A stretch of DNA of 64,000 bases from Vitrella brassicaformis CCMP3155 (Eukaryota > Protista > Chromerida). The notes beneath the pieces were generated by a model, which had not been told where the DNA came from, made no database searches, and saw nothing but the letters and a program-made list of their open reading frames with translations. Of this stretch, positions 13,101 to 25,682 are shown one piece after another. Positions within the stretch are counted from its first letter, which is position 1. Each line of letters opens with the position of its first letter. Made by a program: the position numbers and the translations under genes. The DNA is taken from NCBI GenBank assembly GCA_001179505.1, contig CDMY01001052.1, positions 62,001 through 126,000 on the forward strand, read 5' to 3'.

Positions 13101-14211
13101 CTCTCACTCCGGGAGATGCCGACAGTCTCCAAGCGCCATGGCCGATCACAGCGACGCCTCACACGCATGCGTTGCTTCTTCTGCTTCTTCTTAGAGTTGC
13201 AGATCTCGAGGGCTCGCCCTCGTTGCGAGCTGAGCTTGCAGACCTCCTCGGGGAGGCGAGCGCGGGCTGAGCTTCCTTCTGCTGGACCACCCATCTCCGT
13301 TGCAGCTGGAGAGATGGATGATTTGCAGAACGGCGATTGAGAGGACGGGGAGGACACAAGGTCGGCGCACAACAAGGAGGCGTTTGCATAGCCTGCCTCG
13401 GCAACTCGGCAGCGGCGCATCCTCCGGTCGCTGCTGCATCGACATCCCTGCTCTGCGGCTGAAAAGACGAGCCATTGAAGAGCTGGAAGAGGCACCGCCG
13501 GACCGCCCGAGAATGGTCTTGATATTCCTCTGAGTTTGGCGCTGACCATCCATCAAGATTGACGTCCGAACGGATCTGCAGAACGGCCACGACACCTCCA
13601 ATCTTAGAGGCGATCGCCACTGAGAGGACAGGGAGGGACACAACAAGGTCGGCGCACATTGGAGCGACGCGTCAACCCCACCTCATGGCGGAATTGGACG
13701 GGAGAAGGACAACTGATGAGCTCTTGGAGAGGACGACCCAGCCGCAAGCAAAGCGACGTCACGGTCCACTGCTTGCAGCAGCCCCAGGCACCAGCACCAC
13801 TACAGCAGCGATGAGAAGACGAGACGACAACCCTCTTACCTGCACGTGCATACGGAGGTACGTAGGCTCTTCTCTTCTGTGTTGGGTACGAGAAAGAGGT
13901 AGGCAGGCAGGCAGACTGACACCACTGTGTGTGTGTGTGTGTGGGTGTGATAGCTGAATAGCCCCTTGCTTGCTTGTGTCCGAGTGGCTGAGGGAACATC
14001 CTCCATTGCATTGCGTTGTGAGTGAGTCCTCTGCCGTCGATCAGTGGAGGGAGAGTCGATGGCTGAGCGGTCTACCCGTTTTGTGAGTAGATTCGTCTGT
14101 GCTCTGTATCTTGTCTTGTCTTGTGTTGTAGGGCGTATACACGTAAACACATACATACCATGCCCTGTGCGTCAGTACATATGACATACCCCGACGTACC
14201 AATGTCCTCTC

Positions 14212-14910
14212 CTACAGTTTGAGGAAGCCAAACACCCCTCCGGTGTTTTTTCCTTGCTGCCTCTCTCTCATTCTGTCGTCCCATTCCATCTTGGGGTCCT
14301 TGGCCGCCTGTCGCCTCATTCTCTCCTGTTCCTTGGCCCTTTCCTCTTCGCGCCTCTGTCTGGCCTTCTCTGCTTCCTGTCTGGCCATCTCTGCGTTCTT
14401 CTGGTGCCTCCACATGGCCTCCTGAGTGGAAACGGCTACCCAGACCAAGGAGTGCAAAAACATCAAGACTGAGACAGACAGACACACAGACAGATGCATC
14501 AGGCGTCGAAGGATGACTGTCTGACTCACTGATGCCCAAAATGGCGCCTCCAGCAATGAAAATGACCAACAGCTCCAGGCTGAACTAAAACACACACACG
14601 CAGACACATCCACACTCATCCATATTCGGTCTCCGCTACAGAGTGTGCATACCCTCATAAGGGATGTGACAGCCGTCGGCTCCCCCCAGCCAGAGAAGTG
14701 CAAGACTGTAGGCTGCCTCGTCCTCACGCCAATCCCGCGCGGTGCCTGTCCTCGCTGCAGCTGCTTCCCTTCGGCCACGGCAGTAGTCTTGCCACGCAGC
14801 ATGATAGAAGGGGCCACGAAGGACACACTGCCAGGTGCCGCAGCAGCAGGGGACCGACGAGCGGCGCCGACGGCATGGGGGAGAGTCAAGAGGACAGCAG
14901 GCAGCCACAT
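14212..14910 (-). CDS. Small protein with bipartite (signal + transit-like) leader, one TM segment and a charged coiled coil; probably plastid-targeted
   Basis: Three exons splice in frame: MWLPAVLLTLPHAVGAARRSPAAAAPGSVSFVAPS...TSLMR | FSLELLVIFIAGGAILGI | ILMFLHSLVWVAVSTQEAMWRHQKNAEMARQEAEKARQRREEERAKEQE...GVFGFLKL*. Donors are GTATGC and GTGAGT. Confidence 0.65.
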   Translation of the reverse strand: MWLPAVLLTLPHAVGAARRSPAAAAPGSVSFVAPSIMLRGKTTAVAEGKQLQRGQAPRGIGVRTRQPTVLHFSGWGEPTAVTSLMRVCTLCSGDRIWMSVDVSACVCFSSAWSCWSFSLLEAPFWASVSQTVILRRLMHLSVCLSVSVLMFLHSLVWVAVSTQEAMWRHQKNAEMARQEAEKARQRREEERAKEQERMRRQAAKDPKMEWDDRMRERQQGKNTGGVFGFLKL

Positions 14911-15233
14911 CGCTGCCTTCAACCAGATCTGTGCTGCCAACAAACGTTCAGTTTGTCTCTGATCGGCGGGGAGGCCACCAGTCGCCCACTTCGCTAATGT
15001 GTGAACGTGTGTAACGTTTCGTGACATCTGGAAGAGAACCCTTGTCTGTGTCAACTCCCATGTGATCTACTGGCCAGGAAGCACTTTCGATCCGCAAGCT
15101 CAGAGTGATCTACAAATTCAGCGACCCGGGACATTCCATCCCCTTGCGATTCGTTGCAGGAAGACTTTGTTGTTCGGATCGGCGAAAGAAGAACCGGCCG
15201 TCGGTTGACCACGTCAGACGGAGAGTGCGGGCG

Positions 15234-15605
15234 ATGACGGGCATGGCGACCACGGCGTATGCGCTCCTCATTGCCGCGGCGGCCATGTCGGCCGCAGTGG
15301 GCGCCGCTCGACGGAATTCGGACTGCGATCTGTATGGCATGAACTGCGAGGGCCCGCCCGACAGCAATGGTGGGAGAGGCTTTGAAAGATCTACGCCACA
15401 CACAGCACCGCTCGTGGATGGCTCACATGCGGCTGGCCTTCATGTGTGTGTGTGAATGTACTCAAAGCTTTAGGAAAGGCCGATTGAGTGCGGCTCTCTG
15501 TGTGCCTGTTGGATGGTAAATGTGTGTGTGTGTGTGTGTGCAGATCCAGGCGGAATACGTCCGGCCGCTAGGCAAGTAGACGCCTGGACAGACTCACACG
15601 TATAG
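15234..15605 (+). CDS. Putative small secreted peptide (3' end uncertain)
   Basis: MTGMATTAYALLIAAAAMSAAVGAARRNSDCDLYGMNCEGPPDSN: a hydrophobic signal peptide followed by a C-x6-C segment. A likely acceptor at 15543 gives a short last exon that stops at 15579 or 15605 depending on the donor. Confidence 0.45.
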
Positions 15606-18600
15606 CTAACAGACTGGTAGAGAGAGGGAGGGGGGGAGGGCACCTACCTGCTGGGGGAGAGAGAGAGAGAGATCATCCATCCATCCATCCACACACACAT
15701 TGATAGCTAAGGGCATGGGAACATATATATGGGTGGATTGGCTGTCTGTCTGACTTGCTCATGGCTGTGATTTGTGGCGGCTTGGCCTGGTCGATGTATG
15801 TGCAGCTGACTTCCCCTCTCTCTGTCTCTGTCTCTGTCTGCAAAGGGGTCACATTTCGTGTTTGGGGGGGCATGTCCGGCCCTTCGTCGGCTCGCCAAGG
15901 CCCCCTCCTGCACACGAAGTGCAACCCTCTTCTGTCTGCCTGTGGATTACTTCATGGCGTGTGGCCGTGCGATTGTCTGTCCGCTGTGTGTGTGTGTGTG
16001 TGTGCCCCATAGTGCAATGGGGGAAGGGGCAGCAAGAAATCACACAAAGGGACACGCCGGTAAGTGTAAATAACAAGTATCTGAAGGCAAACAAAGGCGA
16101 ACATGTCCAAGCAGCACACAGCAGTCGCTAGCGCTGCTCGCAACCCACACAATCTTTACCGCATGGATATATATGTCTCGGCATCACACCCAAGAAAAAC
16201 AAAGGGCAAGTGACCACCGGCGAGGCAGCTCAACCCCCCTCCCTCCTCTCCTCGCTGCTGTCAAAAACGACACAGCAGAGGGACGGACGGATTGGTGGAG
16301 CGAACAAATGACCGAATCCATCGGATGAATCAATCGGTCGCACGAATGTGGCGCCGGTGGTGCGTTCGTCGCGCGCACACGATACACACCCACACCAATA
16401 GCAGACAAACCATCACAAGACACGTGTACCCTCGCGCCTTGCGCTCTCAGTGTGTGTGTACTGTGTCGATCCATGGATGGATGGATGGATGGAGCAGGTG
16501 GAGCATATGGCGGGCCATCCACCCACCCATCCATCCAGCTATCAGCCAGCCAAGTGACAAACCAACGGCAGGGACCACGGCCTAGCTAAGCTACGTATAT
16601 ACCCTCCTCCCTCCCTCCCTCCCTCCCTCCCACACAGTGTCCATCGCTTTGGTGCCAGCCAAGCAGCAGCACACTTTGGCAAAATTCCCCCTGACCACAG
16701 CTATAAAGGGTGAATTAAGTGGGTGGCCTTTCGGCGCCTGCCTCCCGGAACACACACACAGACACGCACACACCCACAGCAGCCAAGTCTCTCTGAGACG
16801 CGCCGTGCCCCTCCCCTCCACACGCACATCCGCACACACGAGGCCGCACATTCCATCTTCCGCCCGCCCCCCACTTTGTGGCCGACCCACGCACACACAC
16901 GCATCACATTACACCGTACAAAGGTAGAAAAGGCCACTCACTCTGTCCACATGCAGCACCACAACATGCGAGGCTCCACAAAACTGCTGTCTCCCCCCTC
17001 GAGGGTGGGCCCGCAGACTCCTTCTCTCGCGCTGTCCTTCGGTGGGTCAGCCGGCCGGCTGGCCGGGCAGATGGACGCCTCAAAAAATGGCGACCCTCCC
17101 ACCCATCAGGCAATCCATCCATCCATCCATCCATCGCAGGCAGTGGGCCTGCCCGGAGATAGTAGGAAGTAGAGAATACACGCACGCACACGAACATGCA
17201 GAGTCAAAATTGCGTCCTCAGCGAGGGTGATGTCTGTCTGTCTGTCTGTCTGTGTCTCCCCCTCCTTTGCGAGAACTTGTGGACGGGCGTGTTGTGTTGT
17301 GTGTGTCATGCACGTGTCATCGATGTCCGTCGCTTTGGTAGGCAGGGCTTGCAAGGAACCGCTGGCTGCCACACGACGGAAAAAGGTGGAAGAAAAAAGC
17401 ACTCTATTCGCCCATTTGCTCGAATGACGCGTTTGTCCAAATTGTCAGGGCCCGCACGTACGTCTGTCTGCCTGCGTCTGTGTGTGTGTGTGTGTGTGTG
17501 AGTGGATTACATGATGTGTGGCAACAGAATTGACGAAAGGTAAAAGGTGCAGGCAAGGCAAGGCAAGGCAACGCCGCTCTCTTTGGGCACATGAACGAAG
17601 GACACGCAAACACACACACAAACAGGCAGACAGGCAGACAGACACCACACGAGCGAAAAGGCCGTGCCACTGAGTTGTGAGAGAGAAAGAAAGCACGACT
17701 ATGCGACACCACACCACACCACACACCGGACACCACACGCACAGGGGAGGGGGGAGGGGGGTGCATGTGCACAGGGACGCACGGATACACTCATCCATCC
17801 ATCCATCCAGATGTCATCATGGCACATGCACCATACCGACGAATGACAGCGATGTCCTACAGCCATAGAAATGATCTCTCCTACCCGACCAGGCAGCCTG
17901 CCTGGTGAACCTCGCTCCGCTCTCTGCCCTCCGCTCTATGCTGTCGTACGTGAGAGGCCAATTAAGGGAGTCAGGACTGACCGATGTGCGTGGCCGACGT
18001 GCCTTCGAGTGAGCGCACGTGAGCCACCTACCATCCGGGCGCTTCTCTTGGACGGCATTACATGTCTCTCCTCAAATGGACGTGTGTGTGTACGCTGCAT
18101 CGACGAGCAAGCAGCAAGCAGGCCAAAAGCCGCCCCTCCCTCCCTCCCTCCCTCCCTCCGTCCCTGGTCTTCTCTTGTCTCCTCCTTCGACATGAAACCG
18201 ACATGAAACGGACGAACGGCCTTCACGACACAGACAGCACCATATGAGACACGATGAACGACACGAACGACACACGAGTGAGGGGATTGGTCTGTGTTAC
18301 TGTGTGCCGCGAGGGGCGTATGAAGCAAAAATGTGATGTGTGTGTGTCCGTGTGAGAGCAGAAATACGGCTTAAGGACTAGAGAGAGAGGATTGAAAACT
18401 CGCGATAAACCAAAAGCCCTCTCCCCCCGGACCCCCCTCCTCCCAACCCCCCGCCGCATCATTGATGCCATTTCAGACATAAGCGGCTGGCCCTACACAC
18501 GCAACACGAACACACGCACACACGCACACACATGAAGCCGCACCCATGAAGCCGCACATTCCATTCGTGTGTAAGTATCATTCAGCAGCACGACACGAAG

Positions 18601-18730
18601 GAGCAGCACACACAAAGCTGACTGACACGCACACCGACACAGAGAGAGACAGGAAACAGACATGCAACTTAGCCGTGTGGGTGGCGGTATATGGTCTGTC
18701 TTTTCACGCCTTTCTTTCTCTCGCTGCTAT

Positions 18731-21700
18731 CTATCGTTTGTTGAAGAGCTTCTGCGCGGCATTGATGAGGTCCGACACGACCTGCTGGTCCGCGAGGGTC
18801 GAGACGTCCCCGAGGGAGCCCGTGTCGTTGGAGGCGATCTTGCGCAGCAGCCGGCGCATGATCTTGCCGCTGCGGGTCTTGGGCAGGGCTGGCACGATCA
18901 AACTGACACACAACACACACACACACACAGAGAGACAGAGAGAGAGAGAGAGAGGGGCGAAGGGAGAGAGAGAGTGTGCCTTAGGGAGAGGGAGGGGGGG
19001 AGGTCAGTTTGCGCACATGTGGTCAGGCGTGGCGATGGGTCCGATCTCTTTGCGCACAATGTCCCGCAGCTCATTCACCGTCCCCTCGTTGACCTCATAC
19101 TCATTCTGACACACACAACACAACACAACACAACACCACACGACACCATCACATCACACAGACCAACACACCACATCAGGCTCTCCCTCCCTCCCCTCAG
19201 CGTACATACGCACGTTCATGGTGACATAGCAGAAGAGCCCAGCGCCCTTGACACTGTGCGGGAAGCCCACCACCGCCGCCTCAGCGCATCCGGGATGCTG
19301 CACCAGTGCGTGCTCGATCTCGGCGCTGCCCAGGCGGTGTCCGCTGACATTGATGGTGTCGTCCACTCGGCCGGTGATCCAGTAGTAGCCGTCTTTGTCG
19401 CGGACCGCGCCGTCCCCCGTGTGGTAGAAACCCTTGTACGGCCGGAGGTAGACGTTGAGCAGCCTCTCGTGGTCACCATACACCGTCCGCATCATCCCTA
19501 CACACACACAGACACACACAGACACACACACAGACACAGACACCTGGGTGTGGTGTGTTGCCGTGGGGAGGGGGGGGAGGGACCTGGCCATGGTTTCTTG
19601 ATGCAGAGGACGCCGGAAACGTCGTCGCCCTCCAGTGGCTGGCCGGTCTTGCTGTCGAGTACGACGGGCTCGACCCCGAAGAAGGGCCGCGTGGCGCTGC
19701 CGGGCTTGCACCGGATGGCCCCGGGGAGGGGGGTCAGCAGGTGCCCACCTGAGGGAAGGAGTGGATGACGGAGAGAGAGGGAGAGGGAGAGGGAGAGGAA
19801 ATGGTGAATGCATCTGTGTGTATGTGTGTATGTGTCTGTCTGTTGGTGCGGCCTGAGTGTTCAAATGACTGACCGGTCTCTGTCTGCCAGTATGTGTCGA
19901 CAATGTCGCATCGCTTCCGCCCAACCACCTCATAGTACCTGCACGACAACATATGCCCCCAGAAAACAAAACGATAAACAGAGAGACCCACATACACGCC
20001 CCGCCCATGTCAATCAAGGCCTCTCATCCATCCATCCCTCCATCCATCGATTTGTCGGTACCTACCACCGCCATGCCTCCGGGTTGATGGGTTCCCCCAC
20101 AGTGCCGAGCACACGGAGCGAGGAGAGGTCGTGTTTGGACACCCACTCGTCGCCATGCACCATCAGCGCCCGGATGGCCGTGGGGGCCGTGTAGAACTGG
20201 CTGATCCCGTGCTTCTCAATCATGTGCCTGTCTCTCACACACACGGATGCATGGATGGATGGACAACGATGGCAGAAAACCAGGCCATTGTCCCACAGAA
20301 ACACACGCACACCCTACCAGTATCGCGCCGGATCAGGGTAGGTTGGCACCGACTCGAAGAGCACGGTTGTGGCGCCGTTGCAGAGAGGCCCGTAGACGAC
20401 GTACGAGTGGCCGGTGATCCAGCCGACGTCGGCCACACACGCGTGCACGTCGCCCGGGTGGTAGTCGAACACTGAATGGAATCAATGGATGCACCGAATG
20501 ACACACAAATCAAGGTGACAAGCACAGAGCGGCAAGGATGCTGGCTGACCGTATTTGTGTGTCATGGCTGCGTAGAGGAGGTAGCCGGCACTGGAGTGGG
20601 CGATGCCCTGACAAACAGACAGAGGGAGGGAGGGAGGGAGGGAGGAATGGGTGCATGTGTCGCCCGTGTCTTGTGACAGACACCCGGGCGTCGTACCTTC
20701 GGCTTGCCCGTCGACCCAGAAGTGTACAGCTGACGATGAACGAGCCACACACACACACACACACACACAATCCCTCACCTGCACAGGTGCGCCTGCGTGT
20801 GGATGGCTGACGGTGTGGCTGGCTGGCTGACCATGAAGAGGAGGTCTTCGTTGTCCATTGGCTCCAAAGGGCAGTAGGGGCGCATTGCCTCCTGGTGGCC
20901 ATGATGGTATCATCACGCACACACACACACACACACACGCACAGCACATGGATGGATGGACAGCACACGCCCGCGTTGATGGATTGCTGAGCCACTGACT
21001 GACTGACTGACCGACTGACCATCATTTCATGCCCTCACACGTCACGCCCCTCAGTCCAGTCGATGTCGTGACCTGCACTCACCAGAACCACACATACACA
21101 CACACATACACACACACATCCAGAGGCCCAAGACAGATAAGTGTGAGCACCCCCATCCCCCCTGTGTGTGTGTGTGTGTTCATGTGCGTGCGCACCCCAC
21201 CCTGGTGCTTGAAGACGATGCACTTCTCCACCAGAGGGCACTCCTTGAGCGCCTCGTCCATCACGCTCTTCAGAGGAATCACCTTGCCGCCACGGACGCC
21301 CTGGTCTGCCGTGATCACCTGCACACACACACACACGACCAGACACGCTTGCGTCATCTGGCTCCCCGCGTCCTTCTCTCTGCCTCCCTCCCCTCCTTCG
21401 CTGACCACTTTGCAGTGAGCGTCGTCGAGTCGATCTCTCAGGGAATGCGAAGAGAACCCCGCGAAGACCACACTGTGTATGGCGCCCAGCCTGGCGCAGG
21501 CCAGCATGGCGTAGACGGTCTCGGGAATCATCGGCATGTAGATCCCCACTGTGTCGTGCTTCCGGACACCTGCGCACACACTCACAGGGAGGCGTGGATG
21601 GACGGGTGGATGGCCTTGTGTGTGTGTGGAGACGGGGGGGGGGGGTACCAAGTCGTTTGAGCATATTGGCGAACTTGCAGACTTGTGTGTGGAGGTCCCT

Positions 21701-22840
21701 GTAGGTGATCCTCTTACTGTGAGACGGATCGTCGCCCTCCCTGGTTGATGTGATGCATCCACGATGGATCCACACACTCTCAAATACGCCCCATAGGGAT
21801 GTGTGTGTTGAGTCGTGTGCTGGGCTGACCAGATGAGTGCGATCCGGTCGGGTGTTTCCTCCGCCCAGCGATCCACGCAGTTCTCGCAGACCTACAGGAG
21901 CCAATTGCAGACACACACACACAGACTGCCTGCCTGCCTGCCTGCCTGCCTGCCACCATTATATATTCCACAAGCTCACTCACATTGAGTTTGCCGTTGA
22001 GGAACCAGCTGACGTGTCCATCGGGGTGCATCTCACTGCGGGCATCGCATCAAACACACACCCCACCCTGCCTGCCGACACTGCAGCTAGCTCATCTCAG
22101 GCCAGGCCGGCTCGCCCACCACCCGTGCTGCACTTTGGTGAAGGGCTGTTGCCACGTGAGAGTCTGTGTGGCCATGTCGGCCCAGAAGCCGTGGGGGTCC
22201 TCGATGCTCCGGGCGTACATCTCCTCGTATGACTCCTGCAATACACACACACACACACACAGATGGATGGATGGATGGATGGACAGCAAAAGTGGAGTGG
22301 TGTGCGGTCGTTTCTTCCGTGTCTGTGTGTGTCTTGCCGTGGACCCGCACCAGGCTGTCTATGTGGCGGGCTCTGTCCTGCACACACGCACGACAGACAG
22401 ACAGACAGACAGACAGACAACCAATCATCCCCTCATGTGCAGCTAGAGTCAGTCACTCCGTATGTCCCGCTCACGCCACGCACCTGAATGCTGACGGGAT
22501 ATATCTCATCGACAGGCAGCGCTTGTTGCGCCGCAGCAATGGTGTCCACATGCTCCATCGATAAGGAGTCCGATGAGTCGTCACCCTCACTATCGTCTTC
22601 ACCATCAGCAAAGCCGTCACCCGTGGTAGCCTCGCTCTGCCTTTCGTCCGCCACAAGCGTCATGCCCCCTGATGGGCTCAGATCCACCTCCTCCATGTGC
22701 AGCTGCAGTGGAGGCTTCCGAGCGGCCCTCCTGCTGCCTGCTGCTCGCATCCTCATGTTGGGCAGCAGAGGCGTGGGCGTGAAAGCAGCAGCCCATGCAA
22801 GCAGCAGGGCTAGCAGGGGGGCGGCCTGCACCAAGATCAT
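18731..22840 (-). CDS. ACS: Acetyl-CoA synthetase (AMP-forming) with bipartite plastid-type leader
   Basis: Spliced exons contain [37 protein letters not shown] (AMP-binding motif), [47 protein letters not shown] and [16 protein letters not shown]. The N-terminus is [26 protein letters not shown]... Confidence 0.97.
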
Positions 22841-23001
22841 GGGGAGATCTTTTCAGCTTTCGCACGATGAAAGTTCAAGCTCGCGAGTGCGAGTCCAAGA
22901 TCGGTGGCCGGAGAAGGGACGGGATGGCCGCGTAGATCCATTCGTCGGCGGGAGGACGCGAATGCAAGATCTTTCGAAGCTGACCGCTTTGTCTTGACCT
23001 G
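22841..23001. promoter_or_regulatory. Probable bidirectional promoter region (ACS / jacalin-like gene)
   Basis: Only 161 bp separate the two divergent ATGs at 22840 (-) and 23002 (+). Confidence 0.4.
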
Positions 23002-24037
23002 ATGTCGTCTCGCGTCGTTTTTGGGTGTAGATTGGACGACGCAGCCGATGACCGCGCCGTCCTGACGCAGAGGCATCCACACAGGGACGTCAACGAGTGG
23101 CGCCTCGCGACGATTCGGCTCTGGGAAGAGGGCGGCGAAGAGGAGGATGACAGAGACTTGGGATATGACATCATGACGAAGGTGCGGCTCTCATGCAATA
23201 GCCAACCATCATCTGAATGCGCGTTTTTGATGCTGCACGACATTGATGTTTCAGGTGTCCACGACGTACGTGTCTGTCGTCGACGGGGAGCGTGAGACCA
23301 TCACAGCCGGCGGGTCCCTGGCCTGGAGAAGAGGTTCGGAGCGCCTCAACTTCCGTTCGGGCGAGTGGATCAGGTCGATGAGAGTCGTCTTTGATGAAGC
23401 AGACTACGCCGCCCATCGCTTCGTCGGCGGTGCGGTGTTCACCACCAGCAGCGGTCGCGCAATTAGGTGTGGTTGTGTGGGTGATGACGTGTCGGAGTGG
23501 GAGGGCGGTGAAGCGGATGGAGTAGTGCCAAGATACCTGATGAGCGGGCCGACCGATAGTATCTACGGATGCATCGGGTAAGAGGTTTTATGGATAGTCA
23601 GATGCATCCTGTGTGTGTGGTTGCGTGTCATGTGCTCGTCAGGGGCGTTGGGTTCTGGCTCGGCAAGCGCGTTCCCGGTGAGAGGAAGGAGCACACGCGT
23701 GAGTGTGTGTCCATGTCCATGTGGGTTGCGTGCATGGTCTCGATCAGAGGTGCTGGGCGAGAACTTCACTCCGGCAGACTTCACCGACCTACCTAGAGGG
23801 GTCCAGCGACAGGTGACGCGATGCCAGCAATGGACAAACATCGCCCGTCTGACCATTTTTTGCGCCACACGTGCCCTGCAGATCGTCGCCCTTTTCTCGG
23901 TGGACATCTTCCCGGAGTGCGTGCTGCGAGCGATCGCGTCATGGGCATTCCCGACCCCCGCAACCATACCAGACGATGATCGGATTGACGACGACGACGA
24001 CGACGACGACTTTACGGAAGACCCATTCGAGGATTGA
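23002..24037 (+). CDS. Jacalin-like (beta-prism lectin) domain protein with acidic tail
   Basis: Four exons (23002-23181, 23255-23577 and two more, ending at 24037) splice in frame: ...WRLATIRLW...VSTTYVSVVDGERETITAGGSLAW...LNFRSGEWIRSMRVVF...FVGGAVFTTSSGRAIRCG...IYGCIGGVGFWLG. This resembles the jacalin pattern 'GEyItsi.g...v.sl.F.Tn.gr..g..G...aiG'. No signal peptide. Confidence 0.65.
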
Positions 24038-24627
24038 GGCAGGCCATTTCATCGGCAGGGTGTACTCTGGATAGCTTGCTACATGGGAGGTGGGAAGTGT
24101 GTGTCTTGTTTTCGCCGTCTGCTCGGTTTGCAGCTGCAGAATGCCTAGTACTGGCTGTGCGGGTGGTGTCTTGCGTGTTCGAGCTCTCGCTGATGTGCTG
24201 AGAAGGACAACCATCGCCGGTTTGTGTTCGTTGATGTGTGAAGGTGCGTCGTTGCAGACTCGTCTATCAGTGTGTGTGACACGTTGAGTATTTCCCTCTT
24301 GCCAGTCTGTCTTTCTCTGTCGGTGCTTCAATGAAAAGAAAAGTAAACCGAACACATGCATGTACGACTCATGTCACTGAGCAGCAGCCCACCCACCCAC
24401 CCCGCTCCCCTACCCACACAAACTGACATAAACGCCCATTCAAGCACAGATCAATCTCTCTCTCTCATGGCGGCACTTTAGCCAAAGAAGCGATAGCTAC
24501 ATGTGTGAAAACCGACTAAACAGAGGCAGGGCACAGCAGAGCAGAGCCCTAGGAAATCATGCAGCAGTGAGACTGTAACCAAATACTTGGCTCATGCATT
24601 CCCTCCCCCCCTCCCTGCAGAGCCCAG

Positions 24628-25682
24628 CTAGTAGTCTCCGCGCCACATAAATGGCACAAACGTATAGTAGCAGCGCACCCGGCCCCCTACATGGCCCTCA
24701 TACCCGAGGTCACAGCGGCCCTCGGGGAAGTGGTCGTCGTCGTGTTTGTCGGAGCGGTGCAGGTCGATGACGTGGGCATCGATGCGGTCGTCTTCAGTTT
24801 TCCTGTCCTTGTCCTTGAGCACCAGCCTCACCTTGGTGTACGCCCTTGGTGCGAAGTACAGGTCCTCGTGCGAGAAGTCGGGCGTGTCGTCTTCGCGAAT
24901 GACGCGGGTCTTCTTGACGATGGTGTCGGTGTCAGAGGCCTGCTTGTGGCGGCCGTCCAGGTACCAGGCCTTGGCCTTGACGTAGAGGTCGGCCTTCGTG
25001 TAGCGGTCCACATGGCTGAAGTCGCCGCGCTTGGTGCGGCCCAGGTCGATCTTCACGCACACACAGAACAGACAGATAGATAGAAAAAAAGAAAGAAGGC
25101 CACAGAGTAGATGTGCGTCTGGCCGCGTTCCTATGTGTGTGTCCGTGTGGGTGTGCATACCTTGATGGCGCCATAGAGGTACTCACACTTTGGCCCAGCG
25201 TAGCCCTTGCGGCACCTGGGACGGCCTGCACACACAAGGCACAAACCACACACAGCACACAAAGACATGCATCCACGCACGCACGTGAGCGTCATGCACA
25301 GCACATGACCCGAACCCCCCGTCGCTCATCTTTGTCGCTTACATACGCCCTTTTTGTCGTAATGGTGTCGTTTGTGGCAGTAGCCGGTCTTGCAGTCGTT
25401 ACCGTGACGGCACGAGTGTCCACGGGGCGCCAGCTCGCCACGCGGCCAGCACTCGCCATCCACGCAGTTGTTGGAGCAGCAGTCATTCGTTCTGCGGCAC
25501 CGCTCGTACAGCGAGTAGCACCTCTGTGTGCCACGCAGCTGCGGCTCGTCGATGCCGGAGTCAGTGGTGGCGGTCAGCTCTTCAGGTGGAGTGGTGGCTG
25601 TTGTCGCCGTGAGGACCAGCAGGCAGGCCAGCAGGCACATGGAGAAGAGGCGCATGAAAGAGGCGGACGTAGAGGCGGACAT
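24628..25682 (-). CDS. Secreted 275-aa protein: signal peptide, knottin-like Cys-rich module, EGF-like module and Ca2+-binding C2 domain
   Basis: Exons 25343-25682, 25161-25225 and 24628-25050 (donors GTAAGC and GTATGC) total 828 nt in frame. Sequence includes ...CYSLYERCRRTNDCCSNNCVDGECW...CRHGNDCKTGYC...GVCRPRCRKGYAGPKCEY, then the C2 loops VDRYTKADLYVK, KTRVIREDDTPDF and LKDKDRKTEDDRI. Confidence 0.85.

Noticed and set aside
13159-14011. Overlapping ORFs and a ~30-bp duplicated segment (about 13341-13370 vs 13622-13656) upstream of the 13100 gene
   Set aside because: I could not build a consistent spliced frame and found no recognisable motif. Probably UTR or intergenic sequence.
15610-18660. 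Many 60-150 aa ORFs in a long intergenic region
   Set aside because: They are dominated by translated microsatellites (HTHT, CVCV, DGWM) and show no coherent exon chain.
253-24499. Recurrent TAGCTA palindromes in intergenic DNA (253-264, 15603, 15704, 16583, 24494)
   Set aside because: The handful of copies is no more than a 6-mer would give by chance in 64 kb.
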